From: a bacterium
GTDB lineage: Bacteria; Sumerlaeota; Sumerlaeia; MVZB01
Direction of reading: 5' to 3'
Assembly: GCA_021372575.1 (NCBI GenBank)
Contig: JAJFUE010000029.1
Span: forward strand, 22,646-86,645
DNA length: 64,000 nucleotides
The position numbers were made by a program, and so were the translations under genes. A model generated the notes under the pieces. That model ran no database searches and was not told the origin of the DNA. It saw only the letters and a program-made list of their open reading frames with translations. Of the stretch, positions 48,964 to 61,250 are shown piece by piece. Position 1 is the first letter of the stretch. Each line of letters starts with the position of its first letter.

Positions 48964-49206
48964 GTGAAAATAAAAATGAATTGTCCTGACTGTGGCCATG
49001 ATTCGGACAAGGGCAACTGTGAGCTGTGCGGGGGAACTGGGATCATAGATTGTTTCGGCATGAATCTTCTTATTGGCAGCGGAATGATTTCGGTCGATAA
49101 ATCATGTCCAAGATGTGGAGGGAGTGGCAAATGTCAGACATGTGGCGGATCGGGTGTGGTATGCACTGATTGTCATACGAATGCGAACTCTGAACAAGAG
49201 AGCTAA
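48964..49206 (+). CDS. Small Cys-rich protein with three CxxCGG(T/S)G repeats (DnaJ-type zinc-finger-like)
   Basis: 80 aa. CPDCGHDSDKGNCELCGGTG…CPRCGGSGKCQTCGGSG…CTDCH. Confidence 0.45.
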   Translation: MKIKMNCPDCGHDSDKGNCELCGGTGIIDCFGMNLLIGSGMISVDKSCPRCGGSGKCQTCGGSGVVCTDCHTNANSEQES

Positions 49207-49281
49207 TGCTTAATGAGAATATCAGGGACGGAATACGGAATATCAAGGAGGCGCACTTGATTATGATTTATACCATATAGC

Positions 49282-50154
49282 CTATATCCCCTCGCCCATG
49301 ATGTTTTCTGGATCGTTCGGATCTGGTTCTCCCACGATTTCCGTGAGATCCATTGAAAGATCGGGGATTTTGGCTTCGACGTAGATGGCTGTCGTGGATA
49401 TCTGTGAATGGCCCAGGGCTTCCATAAGGGTGAACACGTCACCATTCGCGCGGGTATTGGCGTGGGTTGCATACGTGTGGCGGAAGCAGTGTGCAGTGAT
49501 TTTGCGGCCTAATTCGTCAACCAGTTTGAGCCCGGCCCTTTTGGCGATCAGGCGAAAGAGACGGAACAGGTTCGTTCTGTATCGAAACACATACGGCCAT
49601 CTTGCTGGCGTCTTTTTACATTCCTCCACAAGCAGGTTCATCAACATCTGGGAGACCGGCACACTGCGGATTTTGCCCGTTTTCCCCGGCAAAAGTTTGG
49701 ATGGGCGGATCAGGACTCGTTGTTCCTTGACCAGGACCTCACTCTTAAGCAGCGGCTTGTGAGTAGATTTTTTGGAAAATAGAACTTCGGCCGGACGGGC
49801 GCCGGTTGCAAGCATGGTGAGGAACATGGTTTTGTAACGCCCCTCATCTCCCTGCGGATACTCGTCGCAGGCCTTAAAGAATGCCTGTAATTCTTCGGTT
49901 GTAAACGGCCGTTGTTTCGTTTTGATGCCGGGTTTGGGATCGGGCTTAATGACGAGGTAACCGCATTTTTTGAGGGCGCGGATCACATAAATCAGCTCTT
50001 TATCCACCGTGGCTTTTGCGCGGATTTTGAGACGCGCCCGCTGGAAGTTCTCAAGCAGAGCGGTCGTGACTTCCGTAATCGGGATGTCCCTGCCGACCCA
50101 TCTGGCGAAGTTGTTCAGTGCAAAATCGATTCGCTCGGATTGCGAGACAGACAC
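49282..50154 (-). CDS. Tyrosine-type integrase, N-terminally shorter paralog of the island-1 integrase
   Basis: 290 aa. HCFRHTYATH… and LGHSQISTTAIYVEA catalytic motifs. Aligns to Int1 from residue about 75 onward, so it is possibly truncated. Confidence 0.75.
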   Translation of the reverse strand: MSVSQSERIDFALNNFARWVGRDIPITEVTTALLENFQRARLKIRAKATVDKELIYVIRALKKCGYLVIKPDPKPGIKTKQRPFTTEELQAFFKACDEYPQGDEGRYKTMFLTMLATGARPAEVLFSKKSTHKPLLKSEVLVKEQRVLIRPSKLLPGKTGKIRSVPVSQMLMNLLVEECKKTPARWPYVFRYRTNLFRLFRLIAKRAGLKLVDELGRKITAHCFRHTYATHANTRANGDVFTLMEALGHSQISTTAIYVEAKIPDLSMDLTEIVGEPDPNDPENIMGEGI

Positions 50155-50405
50155 ATCGGTCTTGATGCGCTCGACTTCGCGATCGAATGCCGCGGACAGT
50201 CTGAGTTTTCCGTTCCCATCGCCGCCATCATCAGGTTTTCATCCGCCTTCCGGCCTGGCACGGCATCGGGCCGGGGATGCGCCGGCTTTTGACTGGTTTT
50301 CGGATGCAACCGTCTCTTTATATTCGCCCGCCATTCGTGTATATTGAAACAATCAAGGTTTAATCAGAAACCACTTCGAAAAAAATCGACCCATGGTGAA
50401 CCGGG

Positions 50406-51587
<1,182 letters not shown>

Positions 51588-51680
51588 TTGCTCAAGCCGG
51601 AACGGCATGTCGGATACAATATGAGCAAACCCAAGACCCCTTGAATCGACTTGTAAAATTCGAACCGCCGGAGGATTCCA

Positions 51681-52142
51681 TTGAATCCCATCGCGACCAT
51701 CATTTCGCGGCAGCAGTTCTTCGCCGGCATGGACGATGCGCTGATCGAGCGGATCGCCGGGTGCGCGGCTGAGAAGCAATTCGACCAGGACGAAGTCATT
51801 TTCCGCGAAGGCGAGTCGGCCGACCGCTTCTTCGTGATCCTGGAAGGCCAGATCGCGGTCAAGATCCACGGGGTGCAGCGTGGAGACATCATGATCCAGA
51901 CGCTCGATGCGGGGGATGTGCTCGGCTGGTCGTGGCTCGTGCCGCCGTACCAGAAGCAGTTCTCGGCGCAGGCCACGCTGCCGTCGCGCGCGCTCGTGTT
52001 CGACGGCGCGATTCTGCGCCGCATGTGCGAGGGCGACCACGATCTCGGCTACGACATGCTCAAGCGTTTCATCCGCGTCATCGCGGCCAGGCTCCAGGCG
52101 ACCCGGCTGCAGCTGATCGACGTCTATGCGAGCGAAAAATAG
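51681..52142 (+). CDS. Stand-alone cyclic-nucleotide-binding (CAP effector) domain protein
   Basis: 153 aa. cNMP-binding beta-roll signature (…FREGESADRFFVILEGQIAVKI…). No HTH or other output domain. Confidence 0.6.
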   Translation: MNPIATIISRQQFFAGMDDALIERIAGCAAEKQFDQDEVIFREGESADRFFVILEGQIAVKIHGVQRGDIMIQTLDAGDVLGWSWLVPPYQKQFSAQATLPSRALVFDGAILRRMCEGDHDLGYDMLKRFIRVIAARLQATRLQLIDVYASEK

Positions 52143-52151
52143 GGGCATCCT

Positions 52152-52991
52152 ATGGCCAGCAACGCCGTTGCCGATCCGTTGGTTTCGCGGCCGTGGCGCG
52201 TCAAGCGCAGGATTCGCGAGGCCCACGACACGTTCACGCTCGAAATCGAATCCCGCGCCGGCGAGTCGTTCCCGTTCACGGCGGGCCAGTTCAACATGCT
52301 GCACGTGCACGGCGTCGGCGAGGTCCCGATTTCGATCAGCAGCAACCCGGCCGAGACGGCGCTGATCCGGCACACGACGCGCGAGGTCGGCCCCGTCACG
52401 AAGGCGATGCGCAAGCTCGACGCCGGCGACACGATCGGCGTGCGCGGACCGATGGGGGTCGGCTGGCCGATCGAGGCCATCGAGGGGCGCGACGTGGTCC
52501 TGGTGGCGGGCGGCATCGGCCTGGCGCCGCTGCGCCCCGCGCTGTACCGGCTCATCGCCGAGCGCGAGAAATACGGCAAGATCGTGCTCCTCTACGGCAC
52601 GCGCTCGCCGCAGGACATCCTGTTCAAGCACGAGCTTGAGCACTGGCGCGCGCAGTTCGACCTGGAAATCCACGTCACCGTCGATCGCGCGATCGGCACG
52701 TGGCGCGGCCACGTCGGGGTCGTGACGACGCTGATCGCGCGCGCGCCGTTCGACCCGCTCGAGACCGTCGCGCTGGTGTGCGGCCCGGAGATCATGATGC
52801 GCTACACGCTGATGGAACTGGGGCGGCGCGGCGTCCGCGAAAGCGACATGTACCTGTCGATGGAGCGCAACATGAAGTGCGGCATCGGCACGTGCGGCCA
52901 CTGCCAGATGGGCCCGTTCTTCGTCTGCCGCGACGGCCCGGTCTTCAACTACGCGCAAATCAAATGGCTGCTCGGAAAGGCGGAGGTGTGA
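52152..52991 (+). CDS. hydG: FAD/NAD(P)-binding + [2Fe-2S] oxidoreductase subunit, hydrogenase gamma-like (HydG/AsrB-like)
   Basis: 279 aa. Flavin-binding region, NAD(P) fold [13 protein letters not shown]-terminal [10 protein letters not shown] cluster motif. Confidence 0.75.
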   Translation: MASNAVADPLVSRPWRVKRRIREAHDTFTLEIESRAGESFPFTAGQFNMLHVHGVGEVPISISSNPAETALIRHTTREVGPVTKAMRKLDAGDTIGVRGPMGVGWPIEAIEGRDVVLVAGGIGLAPLRPALYRLIAEREKYGKIVLLYGTRSPQDILFKHELEHWRAQFDLEIHVTVDRAIGTWRGHVGVVTTLIARAPFDPLETVALVCGPEIMMRYTLMELGRRGVRESDMYLSMERNMKCGIGTCGHCQMGPFFVCRDGPVFNYAQIKWLLGKAEV

Positions 52992-52994
52992 CCG

Positions 52995-53792
52995 ATGGGG
53001 CGCAAGCATCCCAAACCCAAGCTGGCGGTGTGGAAGTTCGCCTCGTGCGACGGGTGCCAGCTCAGCATCCTCGACTGCGAGGACGAGCTGCTCGACATCG
53101 CGGGAGCCGTCGAGATCGCGTATTTCCCGGAGGCCACGCGCGCGGTCGTCAAGGGCCCCTACGACATCTCGCTCGTCGAGGGCTCGGTGACGACGCCGCA
53201 CGACGCCGAGCGCATCCACAAGATCCGCCGGGCCTCGACGGTTCTGATCACCATCGGCGCATGCGCAACGACCGGGGGCATCCAGGCCCTGCGCAACTTC
53301 ACCGAGGTCGCTGACTACGTCCGCGCCGTGTATCCGACGCCGCAATACATCGAGACGCTCAGCAAATCGACGCCGATCACCGACCACGTGTTCGTCGATT
53401 TCGAGTTGCGCGGATGCCCGATCAACAAACTTCTGCTGCTGGAGCTGATCAGCGCGTACCTCAACGGGCGCAAGCCGGTCGTTCCCGAATACGCCCTGTG
53501 CCTGGAATGCAAGCGCCTCGGCAACACGTGCGTGATGGTGGCCCATGGCGCGCCGTGCATGGGGCCGGTCACGCAGGCCGGGTGCGGCGCACTCTGCCCG
53601 TCGTACAACCGGCCTTGCTACGGCTGCTTCGGCCCCAAGCGCACGCCCAACACGGGGTCGCTCGCCGAGTGGTGGCGCCATCACCGGGACATGAGCGAAG
53701 AGGAACTGGTGCGCGCGTTCCGCGGCTTCAATGCCTGGTCCGAGGCGTTCCGCCGCGCCAGCGAAGCGCACGAGCAAACCACCATGAAATGA
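52995..53792 (+). CDS. hydD: NiFe hydrogenase small subunit, group 3 (delta)
   Basis: 265 aa. N-terminal [12 protein letters not shown] proximal-cluster motif. Additional Cys clusters in the C-terminal half. Confidence 0.8.
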   Translation: MGRKHPKPKLAVWKFASCDGCQLSILDCEDELLDIAGAVEIAYFPEATRAVVKGPYDISLVEGSVTTPHDAERIHKIRRASTVLITIGACATTGGIQALRNFTEVADYVRAVYPTPQYIETLSKSTPITDHVFVDFELRGCPINKLLLLELISAYLNGRKPVVPEYALCLECKRLGNTCVMVAHGAPCMGPVTQAGCGALCPSYNRPCYGCFGPKRTPNTGSLAEWWRHHRDMSEEELVRAFRGFNAWSEAFRRASEAHEQTTMK

Positions 53793-53796
53793 TCGG

Positions 53797-55118
<1,322 letters not shown>

Positions 55119-55122
<4 letters not shown>

Positions 55123-55616
55123 GTCCTGTTTCATCCAACTCGCGCCCCCTGGTCCTCGGCATCGGCAATCGGCTTCGCGGCGATGACGGCGCGGGCGGGA
55201 TGGTTGCCGCGCGTCTGCGCGCGGCCATGCCGACCGATGCCGTCGATTGCCGAACGCTCGACGGCGAAGTCGCCTCGATCATCGACGCGTGGGCGGGACG
55301 CCGCCTTGCGATCGTCATCGACTGCGCGGTCTCGGGCGCGCCGCCGGGCTCGATCCGGCGATTCGACGCAACCGCTGCGCCCATTCCCGCGCTCTTCGCA
55401 AAGACGTCCACGCACGGCATCGGCCTGCCGGAGGCGATCGAACTGGCGCGCGCGCTCGGCCTGATGCCGGGGCGCCTCATCGTCTATGCCATCGAGGGGA
55501 AGCGGTTCGGGATGGATGGGCGGGTCTCGCCCGAAATCGAACAGGCGCTCATCAAATTGACCGGAATGATCGAAGAAGATGTGGAGAGCAACAACAGGAG
55601 GGGCGGCGATGCATGA
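55119..55616 (+). CDS. Hydrogenase maturation endopeptidase (HycI/HyaD family)
   Basis: Start overlaps the hydA stop (ATGA). [20 protein letters not shown] and HGIGL motifs. Confidence 0.8.
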
Positions 55617-55872
55617 GTCGTCGATGATGACCGGCCTGATGCGGCAGATCGAGTCGATCGCGCGCGTGCAGGATGCCACGCGCGTCGTCGGCGTGACGCT
55701 ACGCATCGGGGTGATGACCAACATTTCGCCGGACCATTTGCGCGAGCATTTCGCCATGGCCGCGCGCGGAACGATCGCCGAGGACGCCGACCTCAGCATC
55801 GTCGAGGAAGAAAATCCGGCGAGCCCGTTCGCAAACCAGATCCTGCTTGAAGCCATCGACGTCGCAGGCTGA
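55609..55872 (+). CDS. hypA: HypA-like nickel-insertion protein, N-terminal (MHE nickel-site) domain only; lacks the Cys4 zinc finger
   Basis: 88 aa, AGGAGG RBS 7 nt upstream. Aligns with the HypA N-terminus (MHE…RV.GV.L.IG…). No cysteine anywhere in the protein. Confidence 0.5.
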   Translation: MHESSMMTGLMRQIESIARVQDATRVVGVTLRIGVMTNISPDHLREHFAMAARGTIAEDADLSIVEEENPASPFANQILLEAIDVAG

Positions 55873-55873
55873 C

Positions 55874-58144
55874 ATGACGCTGACCAGGACCAGATCGCCC
55901 GTCGAGCGCGTGCGCGTGCACATCAGCGGCGCCGTGCAGGGCGTGGGCTTCCGGCCGTTTATTTATCGAATCGCCCATGAGTTGAGGCTGGCCGGCTGGG
56001 TCGGCAATTCGTCGGAAGGAATCGTGATCGAGCTCGAAGGCCCGCGCGCGGCGATCGAGTCGATGTGCGACCGGATTCATCGCGAGCGTCCGTCGCCGGC
56101 CGAAATTCATTCCATCCAGTTCGAGCCCGCGATCGCCACCGGCGAGCGGGGCTTTCATATCGCGCCGAGCCTCGGCGGGAAGCCGACCGCGCTCGTGCAG
56201 CCCGACCTGGCCACCTGCCCCGACTGCGCGCGCGAAATCCTCGACCCCGCGAACCGCCGTTATCGTTACCCGTTCACGTGCTGCACGGCGTGCGGACCGC
56301 GCTTCAGCATCGTCGCCGCGCTGCCTTACGACCGCGCCAACACGACGATGGCGCGCTTCGAGATGTGCCCGGCCTGCCGCGCCGAATACAAGGACCCCGC
56401 CGACCGCCGATTCCACGCCCAGGCCAATGCGTGCCCCGCATGCGGCCCGCATATCGAGCTTTGGGATGCGGCCGGAAATGTGATTGCCTCGCACGAGGGC
56501 GCGCTGAGACTGGCCGCGCGCGCGATTGGCGAAGGCAGGATCGTCGCGCTCAAGGGACTCGGCGGATTTCAGCTTCTGTGCGACGCGCGCAACGGCGATA
56601 CACTTGCATCACTGCGCCACCGCAAGCGGCGTGAGGCGCGGCCGTTCGCGGTGATGATGCCGGCGATCGGCGACGCCGCGCGCGCCTGCCTGGTATCGCC
56701 GGAAGAAGCGCGGCTTCTCGCCTCGCCCGAGGCGCCGATCGTGCTCATGCGCCGCGCCGAAGGCGGGTTTATCCATGAGGCCGTGGCGCCGGGCGTGCCC
56801 GACGTGGGCGTGATGCTCCCGACCACGCCGCTGCATCACCTGCTGATGGCCGAACTCGGATTCCCGATCGTCGCCACGAGCGGCAACCAGAAGGACGAGC
56901 CGATCTGCACGGACGAACGCGCCGCGCTCACCCGCCTCGCCGGCATGGCCGACCTGTTCCTCGTGCACAACCGGCCGATCCTGAATCCGGTCGATGATTC
57001 GGTGGCGCGCGTTGTGGATGGCCACGTGCAATTGTTGCGCCGCGCGCGCGGGTTCGCGCCGCTGCCGGTCGGACCGCTGCTGAATCCCCCCGCAAGGCGC
57101 GCGGTTTTGGCCGTCGGCGCCCAGCAGAAAAACACGGTCGCGCTGGCGGCGGGCGAATACATTTTCATCAGCCAGCACCTGGGTGATCTGCAATCCGCCG
57201 AAACGCTGGACGCGTTCAATCACGCGATTCATCATCTCGAAAATCTATTCGACGCGAAGCATGAGTCACTGGCCCGCGACCTGCACCCCGACTATTTGTC
57301 TTCCGTGCATTGCCTGAATTCCACGGCGCCGGTCCTTGGCGTTCAGCATCATCATGCGCACGTGCTGGCCGCGATGGCCGAGCACGATCTCGCCGGTCCG
57401 GTGCTGGGCGTCGCATGGGACGGCTCGGGGCTCGGCACGGACGGAACAATCTGGGGCGGCGAGTTCCTGCGTGTCGATCGGCGTGGATTCGAGCGCCTGG
57501 CCTGGCTGCGCCCGTTCGCGCTGATCGGCGGAGAAGCGGCCGTTCGCGAGCCGCGCCGCGCCGCCCTCGGATTGATTTTGGAACTGACGAATCCGGAGCG
57601 GTTTGAGCCCGACCTGCTTGAACTGTTTTCTGCCCGCGAATTATCGATCTTCAAAAAGATGGCCGCGGGCAAACTGAACTCGCCGTTCACGAGCAGCGCC
57701 GGCCGGCTGTTCGACGGCGTCGCCGCATTGGCAGGGCTGCCACCGCGCGTCTCGTACGAAGGCCAGGCCGCGCTGGCGCTCGAGGCGGCCGTCCTCGGCG
57801 TCAACGCGCCCGCGTATCCATTTGAATGCGTCGATGCCGCGATCGATTGGCGCCCAATGATCGAGTCCGTGCTGGATGACCGCCGCGCCGGCGCAACCGT
57901 GGCCGCGATTTCGGCGCGGTTCCACGCCACGATGATTGAAATGGTCATCGACGTGGCGCGGCGCGCGGGCCTTGACGACGTTGTCCTGTGCGGCGGGTGC
58001 TTTCAGAATCGCGTTTTGCTGGAAGGCGCGATCAGTCGCCTGCGCCACGAACAATTCCGCCCGTGGTGGCCGCGCCTCGTTCCGCCGAACGACGGCGGGA
58101 TCGCGCTCGGCCAGGCCGCCGCAGCCCTGTGGAGTGAACGCTGA
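55874..58144 (+). CDS. hypF: Carbamoyltransferase HypF
   Basis: Acylphosphatase domain, two CxxC…CxxC zinc fingers (CPDCAREI…CCTACGPRF; CPACRAEY…CPACGP), YrdC and Kae1-like domains. Start MTLTRT at 55874. Confidence 0.9.
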   Translation: MTLTRTRSPVERVRVHISGAVQGVGFRPFIYRIAHELRLAGWVGNSSEGIVIELEGPRAAIESMCDRIHRERPSPAEIHSIQFEPAIATGERGFHIAPSLGGKPTALVQPDLATCPDCAREILDPANRRYRYPFTCCTACGPRFSIVAALPYDRANTTMARFEMCPACRAEYKDPADRRFHAQANACPACGPHIELWDAAGNVIASHEGALRLAARAIGEGRIVALKGLGGFQLLCDARNGDTLASLRHRKRREARPFAVMMPAIGDAARACLVSPEEARLLASPEAPIVLMRRAEGGFIHEAVAPGVPDVGVMLPTTPLHHLLMAELGFPIVATSGNQKDEPICTDERAALTRLAGMADLFLVHNRPILNPVDDSVARVVDGHVQLLRRARGFAPLPVGPLLNPPARRAVLAVGAQQKNTVALAAGEYIFISQHLGDLQSAETLDAFNHAIHHLENLFDAKHESLARDLHPDYLSSVHCLNSTAPVLGVQHHHAHVLAAMAEHDLAGPVLGVAWDGSGLGTDGTIWGGEFLRVDRRGFERLAWLRPFALIGGEAAVREPRRAALGLILELTNPERFEPDLLELFSARELSIFKKMAAGKLNSPFTSSAGRLFDGVAALAGLPPRVSYEGQAALALEAAVLGVNAPAYPFECVDAAIDWRPMIESVLDDRRAGATVAAISARFHATMIEMVIDVARRAGLDDVVLCGGCFQNRVLLEGAISRLRHEQFRPWWPRLVPPNDGGIALGQAAAALWSER

Positions 58145-58380
58145 TGTGCCTTGCAATCCCCGGCCTTATTGTCGGCATCGAAGGCGACGACGCGCTCACG
58201 CGCACCGCGCGCGTCAGCTTCGGCGGCATCGAAAAAACGGTCAGCCTCGCCTGCGTCCCCGAGGCGCGCGTCGGCGATTACGTTCTGGTCCACGTCGGGT
58301 TTGCGTTGCAGCGCATCGACGAGGCCGAGGCCGAAACCATTTTTGAAATGCTTGAACAATCGGATGAGGCCAAATCTTGA
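58144..58380 (+). CDS. hypC: Hydrogenase assembly chaperone HypC
   Basis: 78 aa. N-terminal MCLAIP motif. Confidence 0.85.
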   Translation: MCLAIPGLIVGIEGDDALTRTARVSFGGIEKTVSLACVPEARVGDYVLVHVGFALQRIDEAEAETIFEMLEQSDEAKS

Positions 58381-59468
58381 GATTCCTCGATGAATACCGC
58401 AACCGCGACGCGGCACTGAAACTCGCCGGCGAGATCGCGCGCATCGTGACGCGGCCGTGGTCGATCATGGAGATCTGCGGCGGTCAGACGCACGCGATCC
58501 TGAGGTTCGGCATCGACCAGCTCATCCCGGCGGGCGTGGCGCTGCTTCACGGACCGGGCTGCCCGGTCTGCGTGACGGCCATCGAGACGATCGACGCCGC
58601 GATCAAACTGGCCTCGCGGCCCAATATCATTTTTTGTTCGTACGGGGACATGCTGCGCGTTCCCGGCAGCCGCGGCGACCTGATCGGCGCGCGCGCAGCC
58701 GGCGGCGATGTGCGGCTGGTTTATTCTCCGCTCGACGCGCTGCGCATCGCCCGCGAAAACACGCGGCGCGAAATCGTGTTCTTCGCGATCGGATTCGAGA
58801 CGACCGCGCCCGCGAGCGCCGCCGCCGCGATCCAGGCGCGCCGCGAAAACCTGGCGAATTTCTCGATGCTCGTGGCGCACGTGCTGGTGCCGCCCGCGCT
58901 CGAGGCGATCCTGTCCGACCCCGCCGCCGGCGTGCAGGGCATCCTCGCCGCCGGCCACGTCTGCACGGTCACGGGCTGGCGATTGTACGAGCCCATCGCG
59001 GCGCGCCGCAGGGTCCCGATCGTCGTCACCGGATTCGAGCCGATCGATCTCCTGCGCGGCATTCATCGCTGTGCCGCGCAACTCGAAGCGGGCCGCTTCG
59101 AAGTCGAAAACGCCTACGAGCGCGCCGTCCGGCCCGACGGCAATCCCGCCGCGCGGCATATGATCGATGAAGTCTTCGAGGTCACCGACCGCCGCTGGCG
59201 CGGGATGGGCGCAATCCCGTCGAGCGGCCTCGCGCTCAACGATGCGTATTCCGGGTTCGACGCCGGGCGCCGATTTGAGTTACGCATCGCGCCGTCCACG
59301 GAATCCGATGCCTGCATGAGCGGCGCGATTCTGCGCGGCGCGGCCAAGCCGTCGGAGTGCCCGGCGTTCGGCGGAAGCTGCACGCCCGACCACCCGCTCG
59401 GTGCCACGATGGTCTCGAGCGAAGGGGCCTGCGCCGCCTATTTCAAATACGCGAGGTCAAACGCATGA
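58377..59468 (+). CDS. hypD: Hydrogenase maturation factor HypD
   Basis: 363 aa. [14 protein letters not shown] and FAIGFETT motifs. Confidence 0.9.
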   Translation: MRFLDEYRNRDAALKLAGEIARIVTRPWSIMEICGGQTHAILRFGIDQLIPAGVALLHGPGCPVCVTAIETIDAAIKLASRPNIIFCSYGDMLRVPGSRGDLIGARAAGGDVRLVYSPLDALRIARENTRREIVFFAIGFETTAPASAAAAIQARRENLANFSMLVAHVLVPPALEAILSDPAAGVQGILAAGHVCTVTGWRLYEPIAARRRVPIVVTGFEPIDLLRGIHRCAAQLEAGRFEVENAYERAVRPDGNPAARHMIDEVFEVTDRRWRGMGAIPSSGLALNDAYSGFDAGRRFELRIAPSTESDACMSGAILRGAAKPSECPAFGGSCTPDHPLGATMVSSEGACAAYFKYARSNA

Positions 59469-60511
59469 GCGACACGAACCTCACCTGCCCCGCGCCGGTT
59501 GCCGACCCGACGCTCGTCACGATGGCGCACGGCGGCGGCGGCCGGCTCATGCACCAGTTGATCGAGCGCGTTTTCATGGACGTTTTCAAAAACGACTATC
59601 TCGATCGCCGCCATGACGGCGCCGTTCTGCCAAATCCCGGCGCTGCGATCGCGATGACCACCGACAGCTACGTCGTCCGGCCGCTGTTTTTTCCCGGCGG
59701 CGACATCGGCTCGCTCGCGGTGAACGGGACGGTCAACGACCTCGCGATGTGCGGCGCGCGGCCGGCGTGGCTGTCGGCGGGGTTCATCATCGAGGAAGGG
59801 TTCGCGATCGAGGACCTGCGGCGGATCGCGGGTTCGATGCGCCGCGCGGCCGATGAAGCGGGCGTCGCGATCGTGACCGGCGACACGAAGGTGATCGAGC
59901 GCGCGCGCGGCGACGGCGTCTATATCAACACGGCCGGCGTCGGATTCACGCTGACCGCCGACCCTGTCGAGCCCGCCGCCGTGCGGCCCGGCGACGCCGT
60001 GATCGTGAGCGGCGACATCGGCCGCCACGGGATCGCGATCATGGCGCGCCGCGAGGGACTCGAGTTCGACACGCCGATCGAAAGCGACTGCGCGGCGCTG
60101 AACGGCCTTGTCGAAACACTTATCCGGAATCGTGTCGCGATCCATTGCCTTCGCGACCTGACGCGCGGCGGGCTGGCCGCGGCGCTCGTCGAGATCGCGC
60201 AGGCCTCCGCGCTTCATATCGAGATCGACGAGCCCGCCGTCCCGGTCCGCGAGCCCGTGCGCGGCGCGTGCGAACTGCTCGGCCTCGATCCGCTTCACGT
60301 CGCCAACGAAGGCCGCATGGTTGCGTTCGTCGCGCCGGAGCATGCCGGCGAAACGTTGCGCCTGATGCGCGCAAATCCGCTCGGAATTGATTCGGCCATC
60401 ATCGGCGTTGTCGCCGAATCCGGCACCGGCCGGGTCATTTTGCGCGGAATGCTGGGCGGCCGCCGCATCCTCGACCTGCCAACCGGCGAGCAGTTGCCGA
60501 GGATTTGCTAG
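59465..60511 (+). CDS. hypE: Hydrogenase maturation factor HypE
   Basis: Start MSDTNLTCP overlaps the hypD stop. PurM-like fold. C-terminal …PRIC (HypE C-terminal Cys). Confidence 0.9.
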   Translation: MSDTNLTCPAPVADPTLVTMAHGGGGRLMHQLIERVFMDVFKNDYLDRRHDGAVLPNPGAAIAMTTDSYVVRPLFFPGGDIGSLAVNGTVNDLAMCGARPAWLSAGFIIEEGFAIEDLRRIAGSMRRAADEAGVAIVTGDTKVIERARGDGVYINTAGVGFTLTADPVEPAAVRPGDAVIVSGDIGRHGIAIMARREGLEFDTPIESDCAALNGLVETLIRNRVAIHCLRDLTRGGLAAALVEIAQASALHIEIDEPAVPVREPVRGACELLGLDPLHVANEGRMVAFVAPEHAGETLRLMRANPLGIDSAIIGVVAESGTGRVILRGMLGGRRILDLPTGEQLPRIC

Positions 60512-60617
60512 GCGCCGGCAGAACCATTGACGATGATTCCCGGAATGTTTAAAAGTGAGCCGTGTCGTTGTTTTCAATATGGCACGTTTGCATTTTGCAT
60601 TGGCAAAGGATTGAGCC

Positions 60618-61139
60618 ATGACCCGAATTCTTTTCGTTTTGATGCTTGCGTCCATGCTGACCCTGGGATGCGGCAAAAGCCATCAGGAAAAGACGATCGA
60701 AAACGCCATCGAGAACCAGACCGGCGGCAAGACCGACGTGAATCTCGACAAACAGAAGATGACCATCGAAACCAAGGAAGGCGATAAGATGGAAATCGGC
60801 GGCGGAGAGGAAGGAATCAAGCTTCCCGCCGATTTCCCGAAGGATATTTACGTCTATCCCGGCGCGAAGATCGAGGCCTCGTTCAAGAACAACGACAGCC
60901 ACCAGCTTCACCTGGTCACGGCTGACGCCGCCGCGAAGGTGATCGCGGAGTATCAAACCCAGTTGAAGAAGAACGGCTGGAACGAGAAGACCGTCACCCG
61001 GACCGGCGAGTTCTCCATGCTGGAATACGCGAAGGACAACCGGACCGTCGTCGTCAACGCATCGCCCGAGGGCAAGCAGACGAAGGTCATGATCGTGATG
61101 ACGAAGGAAGAACAGGCCGAACAAAAGCAGGAACAGTAG
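60618..61139 (+). CDS. Hypothetical lipoprotein
   Basis: Signal peptide + lipobox MTRILFVLMLASMLTLGC. Lys/Glu-rich. Confidence 0.5.
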   Translation: MTRILFVLMLASMLTLGCGKSHQEKTIENAIENQTGGKTDVNLDKQKMTIETKEGDKMEIGGGEEGIKLPADFPKDIYVYPGAKIEASFKNNDSHQLHLVTADAAAKVIAEYQTQLKKNGWNEKTVTRTGEFSMLEYAKDNRTVVVNASPEGKQTKVMIVMTKEEQAEQKQEQ

Positions 61140-61250
61140 AAGCCGCCGGTTGTCGGCCGATCAAAGCCCGCGTAACGACGAACAAGAAAACGCCGGTTGA
61201 GGCTCAAAGCTGCGATGCCTCAACCGGCGAATGTTTACTGACGCGGGCAA

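Larger units (their letters stand above)
43290..50340. mobile_element. Second lower-GC accessory region ending at a tyrosine integrase; boundaries approximate and no att repeat found
   Basis: GC drops right after the ABC permease stop and recovers before hydB. A tyrosine recombinase homologous to the island-1 integrase lies at 49282..50154. Confidence 0.35.

Noticed and set aside
58278-60676. Minus ORFs 58278..59159 and 59438..60676 (412 aa) over hypD/hypE
   Set aside because: Antisense artefacts. hypD and hypE have the diagnostic [13 protein letters not shown] and PurM-like motifs.
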